In this document: one piece after another, positions 62,444-64,000 of the stretch | How the letters are laid out: every line of letters starts with the position of its first letter | Position numbering within the stretch: position 1 is the first letter of the stretch | DNA from: Octopus sinensis | Lineage: Eukaryota | DNA length: 64,000 nt | Assembly (NCBI RefSeq): GCF_006345805.1 | Contig: NC_042999.1 | Coordinates: forward strand, 151,590,001 to 151,654,000 | Direction: 5' to 3' | Notes under the pieces: generated by a model | Seen by the model: the letters and a program-made list of their open reading frames with translations, nothing else | Told to the model about the DNA's origin: nothing | Databases searched by the model: none | Made by a program: the position numbers and the translations under genes

Positions 62444-63699
62444 TTCTAGACTATTAGAGAAACACACACTTGACATAAAACCTTAACTATTCATCATTTA
62501 GGGATTACACATCTCCCTCAGATGGTAATCACAGGAATAGGGAGTTGAGGTTGAGCAAAAGGTGGTGTCATTTACATAAGGGTGTAAGGAATTAGAAATG
62601 AAAGGAAGAATGTAATTGGAAATGAAATAAAATAATGCTGTTCATTTACAGAGGGATAAATTGCGGATGGATGACATAAATAGATCTTGAAGTATAGCAG
62701 AGTTAATAGAATGTATGTCAGATGGGGCCCCTGTCTACATGTACTGTGATTAAACAGTCTGACAGGAAATATCTGATCAAAGAAATGAGAGTATGGAGAA
62801 AGCTCAAAGGTGAGTGAATGGAAATTACTAAGTAAAACAACATTGAAGTATATTCCAACTATATTTTTGATAAATATATATTTGAAAACCTAACAATAAA
62901 TGTGATCATGGTATATTTCCCCAAGAGATGCAATAAGATATTTGTACCTGGTGTATAATTCAGATTTCTTCTTGTGTGATTTAAAACATTATCAAATATT
63001 TTCACCTTGGTATTTCACCAATATGAGATAAACATAGCCACAAATGTTTGCAGTTTATTAACCAGGCAACTGATATTTTCATTATATGCAGTGTAACATT
63101 GACAGATGTTTTTTACTGGATGTAATTTTACACACTGTCTTTGGATGTGATATACCAGCAGCAGGATATGCCTGCTTTATAAGCCTGACATATGCATTCA
63201 GCTGCTTATTTATTTATTTATATTATTTATTTATTGAGGCCAGTTATAGTTAATTAAATAATATTGAATATTGTCAGTATATTATTGATTTGTATTTGAC
63301 TGACCCTGGAGAAAGGAAAGGCAAAATTAGGTCAAGCTCAGACCTGAAAGAAAAATATATAAATACTATAATACATACAGTCAATTCAGTGCTAACACAA
63401 TGTAACGTGCAAAGAAACATTAATTAATGAAAACTTCATCTGAATTGATGTGAGATAGATTCTGGATCAATGCTTAAAAATTACCTGGATAGAAAGCGGG
63501 GACAACTACATGATTATCAATTAAAATTGGAACTAGACATTTACTGAGGGAGAAAATGAAACAGAATTTTGGCAGACACCATGATAACTCTGGACAGTTT
63601 CTACCTTGTCACGCCTCCTCAGTAAAGCATAGTTTTTTTTATTGTGGTTGCAAGATCACCATGATTATATATATATCTCATATGAAACCATAACCTGTG

Positions 63700-64000
63700 G
63701 CCTCTACCTGGGATGTAGCCAGTCCACTTATGCATACCTTTCCTTCTTGGGACACAAAACTCTACTTGTGAAGACCTGTTGAGGCAAGTGAAAATCGAAA
63801 TCGATCAACATCAATGGAAATTGTAGTTGTGATACCAGTGCCGGTGGCACGTAAGAGAACCATCCAAACGTGGCCGTTGCCAGCGCCGCCCCGACTGGCC
63901 TCCGTGCCGGTGGCACGTAAAAAGCACCATCCGATCGTGGCCATTGCCAGCCTCGTCTGGCACCTGTGCCAGTGTCACGTAAAAAGCACCCACTACACTC
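63700..64000 (+). mobile_element. Family C copy, young, cut by the window end
   Basis: Three CACGTAA(A/G)A(A/G)..CC repeats; match to 56455-56650. Confidence 0.75.

Overview
AT-rich, microsatellite-dense animal genomic DNA. The SINE repertoire and (TA)n/(TATG)n density are consistent with an octopus or other cephalopod (inference). Almost all ORFs in the track are microsatellite or SINE artefacts. The only long real coding unit is a young, GC-rich 4.09-kb LTR retrotransposon (25216-29301, minus strand). It has 275-bp LTRs differing at 1 base, an AAAAC target duplication, and gag and pol (PR-RT-RH-IN) joined by a G_GGA_AAC -1 frameshift site with a predicted pseudoknot. Its most unusual property is the lack of a TGG-type primer-binding site: the 12 nt abutting the 5' LTR are instead complementary to the first 12 nt of metazoan tRNA-Phe(GAA), suggesting priming by a short 5' tRNA fragment. 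The rest of the window is nested repeat debris: several SINE families, RTE, L1/Tx1 and R4/Dong-like LINE fragments, Tc1/mariner and pogo remnants, hAT-type MITEs, solo LTRs, and Penelope-like remnants with hammerhead ribozyme motifs, including a 126-bp palindrome of two back-to-back hammerheads. CpG looks depleted at about 1-21.6 kb and 56-64 kb but retained in between. This suggests two divergent methylated host gene bodies around an unmethylated intergenic block; no host protein could be identified.
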